DNA from: a virus
Lineage: Duplodnaviria > Caudoviricetes
DNA: 59,015 nt
Virus record (IMG/VR): IMGVR_UViG_3300032053_000084
Location: 1 to 59,015 of that record
Direction: 5' to 3' (one strand)
Below are positions 1-9,699 of the stretch, one piece after another. The notes under the pieces are model-generated. The model had not been told where the DNA came from. It saw only the letters and a list, made by a program, of their open reading frames with translations, and searched no databases. Made by a program: the position numbers and the translations under genes. Each line of letters begins with the position of its first letter. The first letter of the stretch is position 1.

Positions 1-176
1 CCAGAATGACCTGATGATCCAGAGCATCCTGATAAATTATTATTATGGCATATGAATACCAGATGATCCAGAACATCCAGAATGACCTGATGATCCAGAA
101 CAACCAGATAACGATCCTGATCATCCAGATCATCCAGAACATCCAGAACATCCAGATAACCCAGATGATCCTGATT
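1..176. repeat. Degenerate 9-bp tandem repeat (CCAGAACAT/CCAGATGAT/CCTGATGAT); minus strand reads as an interrupted Ser-Gly-X repeat
   Basis: Minus strand reads DQSGSSGLSGCSGCSG*SG*SGSLSGCSGSSGHSGCSGSSGI, then SGCSGSSGHSG after a frame change; stops occur in the repeat frame on both strands. Confidence 0.85.
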
Positions 177-240
177 GGTCCGACCAATACATTGTATATC
201 GGATAATAATATTTTATATAATCGGATTGGTCGGACCAAT
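174..240. repeat. Pair of 15-bp near-palindromes in inverted orientation
   Basis: ATTGGTCCGACCAAT (174-188) and ATTGGTCGGACCAAT (226-240) are exact reverse complements, 37 bp apart. Confidence 0.85.
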
Positions 241-243
241 TTA

Positions 244-251
244 TATAAATA
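244..251 (+). promoter_or_regulatory. T4-type late promoter (gp55-dependent)
   Basis: TATAAATA at the head of the plus-strand gene block, 5 nt before ATG 257; a gp55 homolog is present in the window. Confidence 0.55.
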
Positions 252-256
252 GAATT

Positions 257-583
257 ATGAATATGAAGCAATGCCGTACATGTAATCAAAATAAACCTTT
301 ATCTGATTTCCCAAAAAATCCAGATAGTAAAGATGGATTTCGTTCTGAATGTAAATTATGTAGAAAACAAAAGAATAATATTGGTCATGACCAAGAGGAC
401 AGGATAAATAAAGTAAAAGAATGGGCACAATCTATACTGGACAATAAAAATAAAGAAATTGATATTAAGGATAAGGAATTAGATAATAAGAATAAAGAAA
501 TAAAGAAATTAGAATATGAAAATACTATGCTGAGAGAAGTAATAGAGGATATGAAGCATGGTGATAAATGGAGTAATATATAA
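257..583 (+). CDS. CxxC...CxxC zinc-finger plus coiled-coil protein
   Basis: KQCRTCNQNKPLSDF...RSECKLC resembles the N-terminal Zn domain of phage HNH/EndoVII-type proteins, but no nuclease domain follows; ATG 257 preferred over TTG 227. Confidence 0.6.
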   Translation: MNMKQCRTCNQNKPLSDFPKNPDSKDGFRSECKLCRKQKNNIGHDQEDRINKVKEWAQSILDNKNKEIDIKDKELDNKNKEIKKLEYENTMLREVIEDMKHGDKWSNI

Positions 584-2907
584 TGAAAGCGTTAATAAGC
601 GGGGTTACTGGTCAGGATGGTTCTTATCTATTAGAATTTCTAATCAATAAAGGGTATGAAGTTCACGGTATAATACGCAGAGCATCAACATTCAATTTAG
701 AAAGATTATATAATGTCAAGAGTAGCAATGTAAATTTACATTTTGCTGATCTGAGTGTAGGTACTCATTTGCTCAATATAATAAATGAAATTCATCCAGA
801 TGAAATATATAATTTAGCAGCACAATCTCATGTGAGAATAAGTTTTGACATACCAGAATATACAAGCGATATAACAGGCCTTGGATGTTTAAGGTTCCTG
901 GAAGCAATTCACAAATCAAAAACACACCCTCGTTTTTATCAAGCATCATCATCAGAAATGTATGGGACTACTTTACCCCCTCAATCAGAAACTTCTCCCT
1001 TTGATCCTAATTCTCCATACGCATGTTCTAAACTCTATGCGTATAATATGACAAGAAATTATCGCAGAGCATACAATCTTCACGCATCCAACGGCATATT
1101 ATATAACCACGAGTCCTGTATAGCCGGCTTACCTTTTTTCATGCGTACTAATAAAGGGTTCGTTGATATTTTACCTATACGGGATATAGTATCACTTGTT
1201 TCATCCGTAAAAGAAGATAGGAATATCAAACAAACCGATCTTATTCCTTTACATATACATATATGGGATGGTTCTGATTGGACTCGTATAAAATCTGTCA
1301 CGGTTTATCCGAATAAAGATATTGTTAATCAATTAGATATAAAAAGCAATAATTCTGCGGGATTTAAAATTGGTAATTCTGGTAGTATTTTAGATAATAA
1401 AGTAAAGAAAATAAAATTAGTAAATGCACGGGGGGGTACTTATACTGTTACAGGGGAGCATAAATGTATACTGGAAGATGGGGTTTCAACAAATGCTGAA
1501 AATCTTATAGGTAGAAAATTTTTTACTACTCGCTCTAAAAGAATTAATAATATGATTGGCAGTTGGCTTAAATTTGGTTCTTATCCTATAATAAAAGCAT
1601 TAGATTTTGGTATCACTGAAAATGAGGCTATGTTTGCTGGTTATCTTTGTGGGGATGGTTCTATTGATGATAATGGTAACATATGTCTAAAGAGTTTTGA
1701 TATTGATACCTTGAAAAAATATAGTTCAATGATTTATGCGGGGGTGGGTTGGGGGCCTTCTAAAGAAAAGGATTGGATAAATGCTCGCACTATTTCTATT
1801 GTAAATATGAATCCTAATATGGAATGGAGGGGGAAGTTTAGGAAATCAGATTTCTTTTGTAATAATGGAGATAGGCGGGTTCCTTGGAAGATATTAAACT
1901 CTAACAATAAAATTAAGATGGCGTTTTTACATGGATACTATGAAGCGGATGGGTTACAGGGTGGATTAGATAGATTGAATGAATTTAAGAATATTAAATC
2001 TTCTTCTATGACTTTAACTGCGGGGATGGTATACTTGATCAATACTGTAGTAGGGCAAGAATATAATATCAACGTGGATATTGCTAAATGGAAAGGTAAG
2101 GAAACTTATTATTATTCAGTGAATTTTTTATCTACATCTAAAACATATCAGAATAGAAGAAATTTGAAAGCAAAATATGATGCTGTAAAACTAATGATTG
2201 ATCAGCAAAGTAGAAATGCTGAGATAACACGTAAAACAGGTGCTACAAGTCCATTCATAAGAAAAATACGGGGTGGATATATACCGAAATTTGAACATCA
2301 TTTTTATCAGAAACGAAATGAAGTAAAGAGGGTTATTACTTATCCTGTATATGATGGATACTTGTATGATTTGGAAACGGACAGTGGGAAGTATATGTGC
2401 GGGATCGGAGTTGGGGTTGTTCATAACAGTCCTCGGCGTGGTATAAATTTTGTTACTCGAAAGATTACACAGGCTGCTACTCGAATCAAATTAGGATTAC
2501 AGGATAAATTGATATTGGGGAATCTGGACGCTAAAAGAGACTGGGGTTATGCGGGGGATTTTGTAGAGGCAATGTGGCTCATACTACAGCAGGATAATCC
2601 AGATGATTATGTTATTGCTACGGGAGAATCGCATACGGTTAGAGAATTTGTTGAAGAAACTTTCAGGGTATTAGATTTAGATTATGATAAATATATAAGT
2701 ATAGATAAACGGTTGTTCCGCCCATCGGAAGTAGATAATTTATGCGGAGATGCTTCCAAAGCCAAGAGAGTATTAGGATGGGAACCGAAGGTAAAATTTA
2801 AAGAGTTGATCAAAATGATGGTTGCCAGTGATATGATTTTGGCACGCCAGGAAAAATTATTACGGGACAATGGATTGTATATTGAAAATCATTATGGGGG
2901 AGAATAA
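583..2907 (+). CDS. gmd: GDP-mannose 4,6-dehydratase, intein-containing
   Basis: GVTGQDGSYL, NLAAQSHV, QASSSE, SPYACSK, NHE...SPRRG, FVTRKIT, GNLDAKRDWG; about 336 aa after splicing. Confidence 0.95.
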   Translation: MKALISGVTGQDGSYLLEFLINKGYEVHGIIRRASTFNLERLYNVKSSNVNLHFADLSVGTHLLNIINEIHPDEIYNLAAQSHVRISFDIPEYTSDITGLGCLRFLEAIHKSKTHPRFYQASSSEMYGTTLPPQSETSPFDPNSPYACSKLYAYNMTRNYRRAYNLHASNGILYNHESCIAGLPFFMRTNKGFVDILPIRDIVSLVSSVKEDRNIKQTDLIPLHIHIWDGSDWTRIKSVTVYPNKDIVNQLDIKSNNSAGFKIGNSGSILDNKVKKIKLVNARGGTYTVTGEHKCILEDGVSTNAENLIGRKFFTTRSKRINNMIGSWLKFGSYPIIKALDFGITENEAMFAGYLCGDGSIDDNGNICLKSFDIDTLKKYSSMIYAGVGWGPSKEKDWINARTISIVNMNPNMEWRGKFRKSDFFCNNGDRRVPWKILNSNNKIKMAFLHGYYEADGLQGGLDRLNEFKNIKSSSMTLTAGMVYLINTVVGQEYNINVDIAKWKGKETYYYSVNFLSTSKTYQNRRNLKAKYDAVKLMIDQQSRNAEITRKTGATSPFIRKIRGGYIPKFEHHFYQKRNEVKRVITYPVYDGYLYDLETDSGKYMCGIGVGVVHNSPRRGINFVTRKITQAATRIKLGLQDKLILGNLDAKRDWGYAGDFVEAMWLILQQDNPDDYVIATGESHTVREFVEETFRVLDLDYDKYISIDKRLFRPSEVDNLCGDASKAKRVLGWEPKVKFKELIKMMVASDMILARQEKLLRDNGLYIENHYGGE
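1114..2427 (+). mobile_element. Intein with LAGLIDADG homing endonuclease in gmd
   Basis: Splits the conserved NHE-SPRRG motif; begins (S)CIAG; block B TGEH; LAGLIDADG-like FAGYLCGDG and FLHGYYEADG; block F YLYDLET; ends VVHN followed by Ser+1. Confidence 0.92.
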
Positions 2908-3320
2908 TGCTATTAGTCAAAACAAAAGTAAAGAAAAGCGATATACATGGGGTTGGATTATTTGCGGATGAATTTATTCCAAAGGGAACAAGAGTATGGG
3001 AATTTACCCCCAAATTTGATATAGAATTTAATATGCGGGAAGCGTTTAGTTTTTCTACCTTTGCGATGAAATACTTGATGAAGTATTCTTATAAAAGTTA
3101 TAAGAACGGGAAGTATATTTTATGTTTTGATGATACTAAATATATAAATCATTCTAATAATCCTAATATGGCAGAGATGATAGATTTTGAAGGAGAGGCG
3201 CCGGATTATGCGCTAAGAGATATAGAGTTAGGTGAAGAATTAACATTGGATTATACAATAATTGATTCTGATTATAGAAGTAAATTGGAGGATGATATAT
3301 GGTTAAAAAAGATATCTTGA
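2907..3320 (+). CDS. SET-domain protein (putative lysine methyltransferase)
   Basis: KSDIHGVGLFA, YINHSNNPN, ALRDIELGEELTLDY. Confidence 0.9.
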   Translation: MLLVKTKVKKSDIHGVGLFADEFIPKGTRVWEFTPKFDIEFNMREAFSFSTFAMKYLMKYSYKSYKNGKYILCFDDTKYINHSNNPNMAEMIDFEGEAPDYALRDIELGEELTLDYTIIDSDYRSKLEDDIWLKKIS

Positions 3321-4360
3321 TAAAAAAAGGGGTTGTTGGATATGGTAAGGGGATTAAAATTAAAGACGGCGTTCAAACGTGGAAATGTGTAACGGTATTG
3401 GTTGAAAAGAAATTGCCTAAAAATCAAATTGCTGCCATAGATTTAGTTCCTGATACAATCGGAGGAGAAGTAACCGATGTTATTGAAGTAGGTAAAATTA
3501 GAGCATTGTCAGTAACAGGAAAATATCGACCAGCCCTTGGAGGATGTAGTATAGGCCATTATCAATCAACAGCGGGAACCCTGGGATGTATAGTCAAGGA
3601 TGTTTTAGGAAAGAAATATATCTTATCAAACAATCATGTATTAGCAAATGAAAATAACGCATTAGTCGGAGATGCTATTCTACAACCAGGACCGTATGAT
3701 GGAGGAAAAAATCCTGCTGATCAAATCGGTATATTACATAAATTCGTTCCTATTAATTTTGGAAATACAGGCCAACCACCCCCTCCACCTGTAGATCCAC
3801 CACCAGCTAAACCACCATCGTCACCATCATGCTCGATTGCTTCATTTACCAGATCGTTTGTGAATTTTCTTGCGGTTGCGGTAGGATCATCATGGAGAGT
3901 GAAAGAGTATAACACTATTGAAGAGATAAAGAAAACAATTGTGTGGGACACTACACCTATTATGAAAATCGGAGAGGAAAATAAAGTTGATGCTGCTCTT
4001 GCTATACCATTATCGGAAGACCTCATATCAACAGATATTCTCGATATAGGTTCTATAACAGGTATCAATGAAATTCCTGATATTGGAATGGGTATAAAAA
4101 AATCTGGTAGAACTACAGGAATGAATAAAAGTAATATATTAGTAACGGATGCGACAATCAATGTAGGATATACTGGAATATCAACTGCCCTATTTGTTGG
4201 ACAAATTATTGCGGGTGCTCTAAGTCAGGGTGGGGATTCTGGTTCTCTTGTAGTTGATGATACGAATAGGGCGGTTGGTTTATTGTTTGCGGGTTCTGAT
4301 ACAACGACAATCATCAACCCAATAAGTGATGTAATGAAAGAATTGGAAATAACGATATAA
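3299..4360 (+). CDS. Trypsin-like (Nal1-type) serine protease with Pro-rich insert
   Basis: AGTLGC, SNNHV (His), DAAL (Asp), GDSGS (Ser); PPPPPVDPPPAKPP insert. Confidence 0.8.
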   Translation: MVKKDILIKKGVVGYGKGIKIKDGVQTWKCVTVLVEKKLPKNQIAAIDLVPDTIGGEVTDVIEVGKIRALSVTGKYRPALGGCSIGHYQSTAGTLGCIVKDVLGKKYILSNNHVLANENNALVGDAILQPGPYDGGKNPADQIGILHKFVPINFGNTGQPPPPPVDPPPAKPPSSPSCSIASFTRSFVNFLAVAVGSSWRVKEYNTIEEIKKTIVWDTTPIMKIGEENKVDAALAIPLSEDLISTDILDIGSITGINEIPDIGMGIKKSGRTTGMNKSNILVTDATINVGYTGISTALFVGQIIAGALSQGGDSGSLVVDDTNRAVGLLFAGSDTTTIINPISDVMKELEITI

Positions 4361-4370
4361 GAGGTGGATT

Positions 4371-4628
4371 ATGGATAATGATGTAAAAGTTAAAATTGAA
4401 AAAGTTTTATCCGATGGTACATGGGTAATATGTGAAATGAGTGAATTGAAAAGAGGAGATATGTTTAGAACATATTTTCCCGATGAAGAAGAAAAGAAAA
4501 AAATATTTATTGCTGAATCAGATTCGAAAGAAAAAGATGGTTTGTGGTCAATAATGGCAAGACAAACAGCAAGTGATTGGGAATGTTCATCATGCGGGGA
4601 TTGTAAAGTTTGTGGTATTGATGAATAA
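4371..4628 (+). CDS. Hypothetical protein with C-terminal CxxCxxCxxC
   Basis: GAGG RBS, fits the operon. Confidence 0.6.
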   Translation: MDNDVKVKIEKVLSDGTWVICEMSELKRGDMFRTYFPDEEEKKKIFIAESDSKEKDGLWSIMARQTASDWECSSCGDCKVCGIDE

Positions 4629-4642
4629 GGAGATTGAATAAA

Positions 4643-5158
4643 ATGAAAAAAATTACAATAGCACTATTAGTCATATTGTTTATGTTGATTGGTTGTTCTA
4701 AAGATACTGTAAAGAAAGATACTCTCTCACAAAAAATTATGGATTTTGGAACATTCAAGGTGATTGTTCCCGCAGAACTTCCAGATTTTATGAAATGGGC
4801 TGGTAAAACAGCAATTGTTTATCCAGGTGAAGAATTTTTTGGAGTTATGGGATATAGAGGGGAAAATCCAGAAGATACTACTGAATTTATTTGGTTGTAT
4901 ATTGCCGTTGAACGGAAAAAAGTTAGAGATGGTTATGATGTAAAATCATATCTTATTGCCTTGAAGCATGGGTTTACAGATAAGGACGGGAAAGAAAAGA
5001 ACAGTATATCATATATTGATAAAGAGTATTGGACAACCGGGGTATGGTCAGGAACATTATATAAAGTTGATGATATACCAGATTTGAAAATTTTATCTGA
5101 TATGAAAGAAAAACAATTGTCAGAATTAGGTAAAAATTTAGGAGAAAAAAAATTTTAA
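4643..5158 (+). CDS. Putative lipoprotein
   Basis: MKKITIALLVILFMLIG-C signal peptide and lipobox. Confidence 0.65.
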   Translation: MKKITIALLVILFMLIGCSKDTVKKDTLSQKIMDFGTFKVIVPAELPDFMKWAGKTAIVYPGEEFFGVMGYRGENPEDTTEFIWLYIAVERKKVRDGYDVKSYLIALKHGFTDKDGKEKNSISYIDKEYWTTGVWSGTLYKVDDIPDLKILSDMKEKQLSELGKNLGEKKF

Positions 5159-5172
5159 ATAAGGAATAGGTT

Positions 5173-6060
5173 ATGAATAAACTACCAAAAGAAGAAATAA
5201 TTATAAACCCTTTGAAAGAATTTAAAAGAAAAATAAATATTGGGCTGGGTGATTTGATTTTTGCTAAAAAAATGCTTGATAATGTAAGAGATAAATATAA
5301 AAAAATAATAATTGTTCCTAATCATAGTAATAAATGGAGACAATCAAGGGGTACTAAGAATGTAGATAATCTTTGGGAGTATACAAAAAAAGTAATAAAA
5401 TTATTATTTGATAATGATCCATTATATGAAATTGATTGGGAAACTGGTAGGGGTATTGTAAGAGCAACATGGGATTTTTGGACGGAAGACGGTATTTTAC
5501 CTATTGTTCCATATCTTCCCCAATATTTTTGTAAACCTGAAATGACATTTGATTTTAATCCAGAAGAATATATTGTGTTACATACCAGAGCAAGGAATGT
5601 TGATCATTCAGATATTGATATTACCAAAACATTTGAACTTTTAAAAGGTAAAAAATTAATTGTCATGGGGGAAACTAAATTCTGGCCAGCGATTGGAGTA
5701 AAAGGTTTTTGTATATATGATGAATTAATTCATTTCTTCGGAAGACCTGGAACAAAAGGAATAAAAAACATTCGTTTTATGTTGACGAATTTGGATAAAC
5801 CAGATATAGATATTTTATTCAGAGATTCAACAATAATGAGTAGAGCAAAAGCAACAATAGCAATAGGTAATGGAGGTAATCATGTTTTGACTACTGCTGT
5901 TACAAAAAATTGTATATGTTATAGAGGAAATTCATGGAAAAAAGATGTTTCTACAAGACATCTTGAAAATTTTTTATGGGGAGATCATCATGATGATAAA
6001 CAAGGACTACTGGTTACTACCAATTATGATGCTTTTCTTGCGAGAATAAAAACCTTATGA
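5173..6060 (+). CDS. Putative glycosyltransferase-like protein, paralog 1
   Basis: GLGDLIF, YIVLHTR, DSTIMSRAKATIAIGNGGN; motif layout resembles GT9/GT-B proteins. Confidence 0.5.
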   Translation: MNKLPKEEIIINPLKEFKRKINIGLGDLIFAKKMLDNVRDKYKKIIIVPNHSNKWRQSRGTKNVDNLWEYTKKVIKLLFDNDPLYEIDWETGRGIVRATWDFWTEDGILPIVPYLPQYFCKPEMTFDFNPEEYIVLHTRARNVDHSDIDITKTFELLKGKKLIVMGETKFWPAIGVKGFCIYDELIHFFGRPGTKGIKNIRFMLTNLDKPDIDILFRDSTIMSRAKATIAIGNGGNHVLTTAVTKNCICYRGNSWKKDVSTRHLENFLWGDHHDDKQGLLVTTNYDAFLARIKTL

Positions 6061-6962
6061 ATAAAATATCTAAAAGAAAAATAATTATAAACTCTTTACC
6101 AAAAGTAATTACACCACCCGCAACCATACAATTAAAAGAATTTAAAAAATTAAGTGGGAGAATAAATTGTGGATTAGGTCATATGATTTTTTGTAAGGCA
6201 CAACTTGATTCTGTAAAAGATCAGTATGAAGAAATAAAACTTGCGCCAGATTTAAAATGGCTTAGAATTAGTAGGCAAGAAGCATATGATGATCAACATA
6301 AATTTATCTTTAAATTTATGAAACTTCTTTTTGATAAACCGCCTTATATAATATCCGATGATCAAAACCTACCAGTAAAATATGGTGTTCCGTTTATGAG
6401 AGATGATGGAATTATGCCAGTGGTTCCTGATTTAGTAAAATATCTTTGTCGTGGAAAACCTCTTCCTACTAAACAAAAATATATTGTTCTTACAACAAAG
6501 GTAAGGGGTGTTGATATTATACAAACATTTCAAAGAAATCAAGATGAATTTTTTAGTATCCTACAGCAATTAGCAAGAAAATATCGTTTGATTATTTTAG
6601 GTGATAGGATAATTTGGCCAAATTTACTAAAATATACTTGTATATATACTGATTACATTAAAAATTTAAAAAAATATAATCTTACTGATTTAAGTATGGA
6701 TGATAGAAGAATATCAAGTCCTGATTTAAAAATGATTCAACATGATTGTATGATTATGAATGGTGCTGAAGCGGTAGTTACTTTTGGGAACGGTGGTAAT
6801 TTTAGTTTAGCAATAGCGTCAAGTAAAATTTTAGATTATAAAAATGATGGTGGACAAATGGAACCAGTTGAAACATATATGTTTGGTGAGCATTATGATA
6901 AAGACGGTAAATTTGTAACAAGAAATTATAAAAAATTTCTTGGAAAATTGGCTTCATTGTGA
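6057..6962 (+). CDS. Putative glycosyltransferase-like protein, paralog 2
   Basis: GLGHMIF, YIVLTTKVR, DCMIMNGAEAVVTFGNGGN. Confidence 0.5.
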   Translation: MNKISKRKIIINSLPKVITPPATIQLKEFKKLSGRINCGLGHMIFCKAQLDSVKDQYEEIKLAPDLKWLRISRQEAYDDQHKFIFKFMKLLFDKPPYIISDDQNLPVKYGVPFMRDDGIMPVVPDLVKYLCRGKPLPTKQKYIVLTTKVRGVDIIQTFQRNQDEFFSILQQLARKYRLIILGDRIIWPNLLKYTCIYTDYIKNLKKYNLTDLSMDDRRISSPDLKMIQHDCMIMNGAEAVVTFGNGGNFSLAIASSKILDYKNDGGQMEPVETYMFGEHYDKDGKFVTRNYKKFLGKLASL

Positions 6963-6969
6963 GGGATAA

Positions 6970-8115
6970 ATGATTCGTGAAAGAATAGCAGAAAAAATTA
7001 TGGTTCCTGTTTATAAACCATATCTTCCAGTATTAGTAAAGAATTATGCGAGAGATGCTATCAATAGCGGATGGATTTCAAGCAAAGGAATATATGTTCA
7101 ACTTGCAGAAAAGAAATTACGGGAATTGTTTGGATACAAATATGTTATATTGACAAGTAATGGAACTACCGCAATGCACTTGGTAGCAAAAGCATTAAAA
7201 TATAAGCATCCAAATATAAATTCATTGTATGTTCCAAACAATGTTTATGTTGCGGCATGGAATGCGTTCTTGTATGATAAAGATCATTACACCCTAATTC
7301 CTTTTGATGCTAATCTTGATACTTGGTGTTTTGATATAAATAGTTATAAAGAATATATTGAGAATTTTGGCTTACAATCCAAAACCCATGCGATGTTGGT
7401 TGTTCATAATATAAGCGGAATTGTGAACATACCAAAATTGAAAAGAGATTATCCTGAATTAATAATTGCGGAAGATAATTGTGAAGGATTTTTAGGTAAG
7501 CATGAAGGAAAATATACAGGAACAGAATCTTTATGTTCTGCTATATCTTTTTTTGGTAATAAATCAGTAACCGCAGGAGAAGGCGGGGCATTCATAACGA
7601 ATGATGAAGATATTTATTTATATATAGATCGTCTTCATAATCAAGGGTTATCTCAAAAGAGATTTATTCATAATGTTTTGGGATATAATTATAGAATGAC
7701 CAATTTACAAGCAGCAATTCTTTTTGGGCAATTGATGTGTATAAAAGATATTGTGAAGAAAAAGAAATCGTTGTTTGATTATTATAGATCGGAATTAAAA
7801 TCAGAAGATATTGAATTTCAAATTCCAGAGGAAGGATGTGATCTTTCAAATTGGATGTTTGGATTTAGAATACATAAACAAATAAGTTATGATAAAGCAG
7901 AATTATTTTTTAATGATAGAGGAATAGAAATAAGACCGATGTTCTACCCTATCAATAAACATGAATATCTTAAAAATATTACAGGGATAATGGATATTGC
8001 TACCAGATTAAATAAGGAGTGTATCTTGTTACCAAGTTATCCAGATATATCAGAAAAGGATAGAGAAAAAGTAGTAAGTGTGACTAAAAAATATATTGAG
8101 GAGATAAAAAAATAA
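6970..8115 (+). CDS. DegT/DnrJ/EryC1/StrS PLP aminotransferase (perosamine synthase-like)
   Basis: SNGTTAMHL, EDNCE, SFFGNKSVTAGEGG (PLP Lys), GYNYRMTNLQAA, LLPSYP. Confidence 0.92.
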   Translation: MIRERIAEKIMVPVYKPYLPVLVKNYARDAINSGWISSKGIYVQLAEKKLRELFGYKYVILTSNGTTAMHLVAKALKYKHPNINSLYVPNNVYVAAWNAFLYDKDHYTLIPFDANLDTWCFDINSYKEYIENFGLQSKTHAMLVVHNISGIVNIPKLKRDYPELIIAEDNCEGFLGKHEGKYTGTESLCSAISFFGNKSVTAGEGGAFITNDEDIYLYIDRLHNQGLSQKRFIHNVLGYNYRMTNLQAAILFGQLMCIKDIVKKKKSLFDYYRSELKSEDIEFQIPEEGCDLSNWMFGFRIHKQISYDKAELFFNDRGIEIRPMFYPINKHEYLKNITGIMDIATRLNKECILLPSYPDISEKDREKVVSVTKKYIEEIKK

Positions 8116-9470
8116 TGTCATTTATAAGAAGATATACCGTAGGAACCAATGTTACTATAACAGCGCCAGTAACGGCAGGCGGAACATATCAGTTTTATGA
8201 TTGGGAATATGATAACACACACCTTTCATATGATTTGGGTGCATTAATAACTACTGGGGTATTAAATAAATCATTAGATGCAAAATATTGGGGATTTGAG
8301 ATATTAAAAATTGGTGATTATGGATGGTATCCAAGACTCTCAGTGTATAATAATACAATATATATTATAGGAGAAGATTGGGTAGACGGTAATAGTTGTC
8401 AGTTTGTTTTATATAAAAGTACGGATAATGGAGATCATTGGACCAATTCTTTTGTAAATCCAGATAATAGTGATGTAATAACCGAACAACAAGAAATGAC
8501 AAGTGGTTCAATAAAAACCATTAGTGATGATATAATTTATTTATCGTATAATCATAAAGACATGTTATCAATAGTTAATCGTATGATATTGTTTACTAAA
8601 TCAATAAATGGTGGATCAACATGGTCAACACCAGTAATAGTAGAAGAAATGTCCCATCCTCAGGCAGTGAATTATGGATATACAAATATGTGTTGTCCAG
8701 ATGCAAATAATATTTTTATTTTTTATAATTATATTATGTATATAGTACCCTATTATTATTTTAAATTTGCTAAATCAATAGATGGTGGTGCTACTTGGGT
8801 AACATCAACCATTTATAATCCATCGTTTCTTGATAACGCATATATGGATAGTGATGCATATGATTCAAATCGTGTTGCGTGTGTTTTTCGTGAAGCCGTA
8901 GATAATTATACTGAACAATTAGTTGTAGAAATTACTACAGATGGGGGTTCTAATTTTACCAAAAAAATTATAGAAACAAGTCCATATGCATATATTGAAA
9001 CAGCACTTAGTTCAAGAATAAAATGGGTTGATTCAACCACGATATATATTGTGTCTAAAATGAACTCAGATCCATTATCTGAAATTGCATTTTATAAATC
9101 TACAAATAGCGGAGTAAATTGGACAAAAACAGTTATTTATTCATTTGATGAAAGTCTTGATAATAGTGATGATTGTATAGGACTTCATGTTGTTGATGCC
9201 AATACAATTTATGTTTTAAACAGTCTTGATCAATATGATGATAGTAGCAATAGTGGATTTGCAATTTATAAATCAATTAATGCAGGAGCAACATGGTCTA
9301 AGATTTATGAATATTATTTTTATGGTACTGAATATATGAGAAATAGAAGTGTTTCTGCTTGTGCTTTACATATTTCAGGAGATAAAATAATGTCATTTTT
9401 TTATGATTATAATTATAATACTGAGGGATATGATGCTATTTTATGGAAAAATTTTTATGTAGAACCATAA
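8115..9470 (+). CDS. Asp-box (BNR) beta-propeller protein, sialidase-like fold
   Basis: Six Asp-box motifs: KSTDNGDHW, KSINGGSTW, KSIDGGATW, TTDGGSNF, KSTNSGVNW, KSINAGATW. Confidence 0.8.
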   Translation: MSFIRRYTVGTNVTITAPVTAGGTYQFYDWEYDNTHLSYDLGALITTGVLNKSLDAKYWGFEILKIGDYGWYPRLSVYNNTIYIIGEDWVDGNSCQFVLYKSTDNGDHWTNSFVNPDNSDVITEQQEMTSGSIKTISDDIIYLSYNHKDMLSIVNRMILFTKSINGGSTWSTPVIVEEMSHPQAVNYGYTNMCCPDANNIFIFYNYIMYIVPYYYFKFAKSIDGGATWVTSTIYNPSFLDNAYMDSDAYDSNRVACVFREAVDNYTEQLVVEITTDGGSNFTKKIIETSPYAYIETALSSRIKWVDSTTIYIVSKMNSDPLSEIAFYKSTNSGVNWTKTVIYSFDESLDNSDDCIGLHVVDANTIYVLNSLDQYDDSSNSGFAIYKSINAGATWSKIYEYYFYGTEYMRNRSVSACALHISGDKIMSFFYDYNYNTEGYDAILWKNFYVEP

Positions 9471-9480
9471 GTTCGGAGGG

Positions 9481-9699
9481 ATGAAACTTATGCAAGTGTT
9501 AGTTAAACTTAAAGACGGAAGAGAAAAAAGATTAGATGTGAAATGGCCGGAAAAATTTGAAGAAGAATTACAATCCGTATATAATAGTCAATGGGAAAAA
9601 GAAATATCACGGATTCTTTGTGGTAGAATAATAGAAGAATTGTTATGGTGTAATATAACCTTTAAAAAAATAGAGTCAATAAATTTCGAGGAGGATTAA
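9481..9699 (+). CDS. Hypothetical protein
   Basis: GGAGG RBS; stop overlaps the next start. Confidence 0.6.
   Translation: MKLMQVLVKLKDGREKRLDVKWPEKFEEELQSVYNSQWEKEISRILCGRIIEELLWCNITFKKIESINFEED

Noticed and set aside
1-176. TGA recoding or a DGR template repeat explaining SG*SG*
   Set aside because: TGA ends many genes here (including ATGA overlaps) and long genes are intact in code 11; no reverse transcriptase or matching variable repeat is seen in the window.
257-583. Active HNH homing endonuclease
   Set aside because: Only the Zn-finger part is present; no HNH or EndoVII catalytic motif follows.
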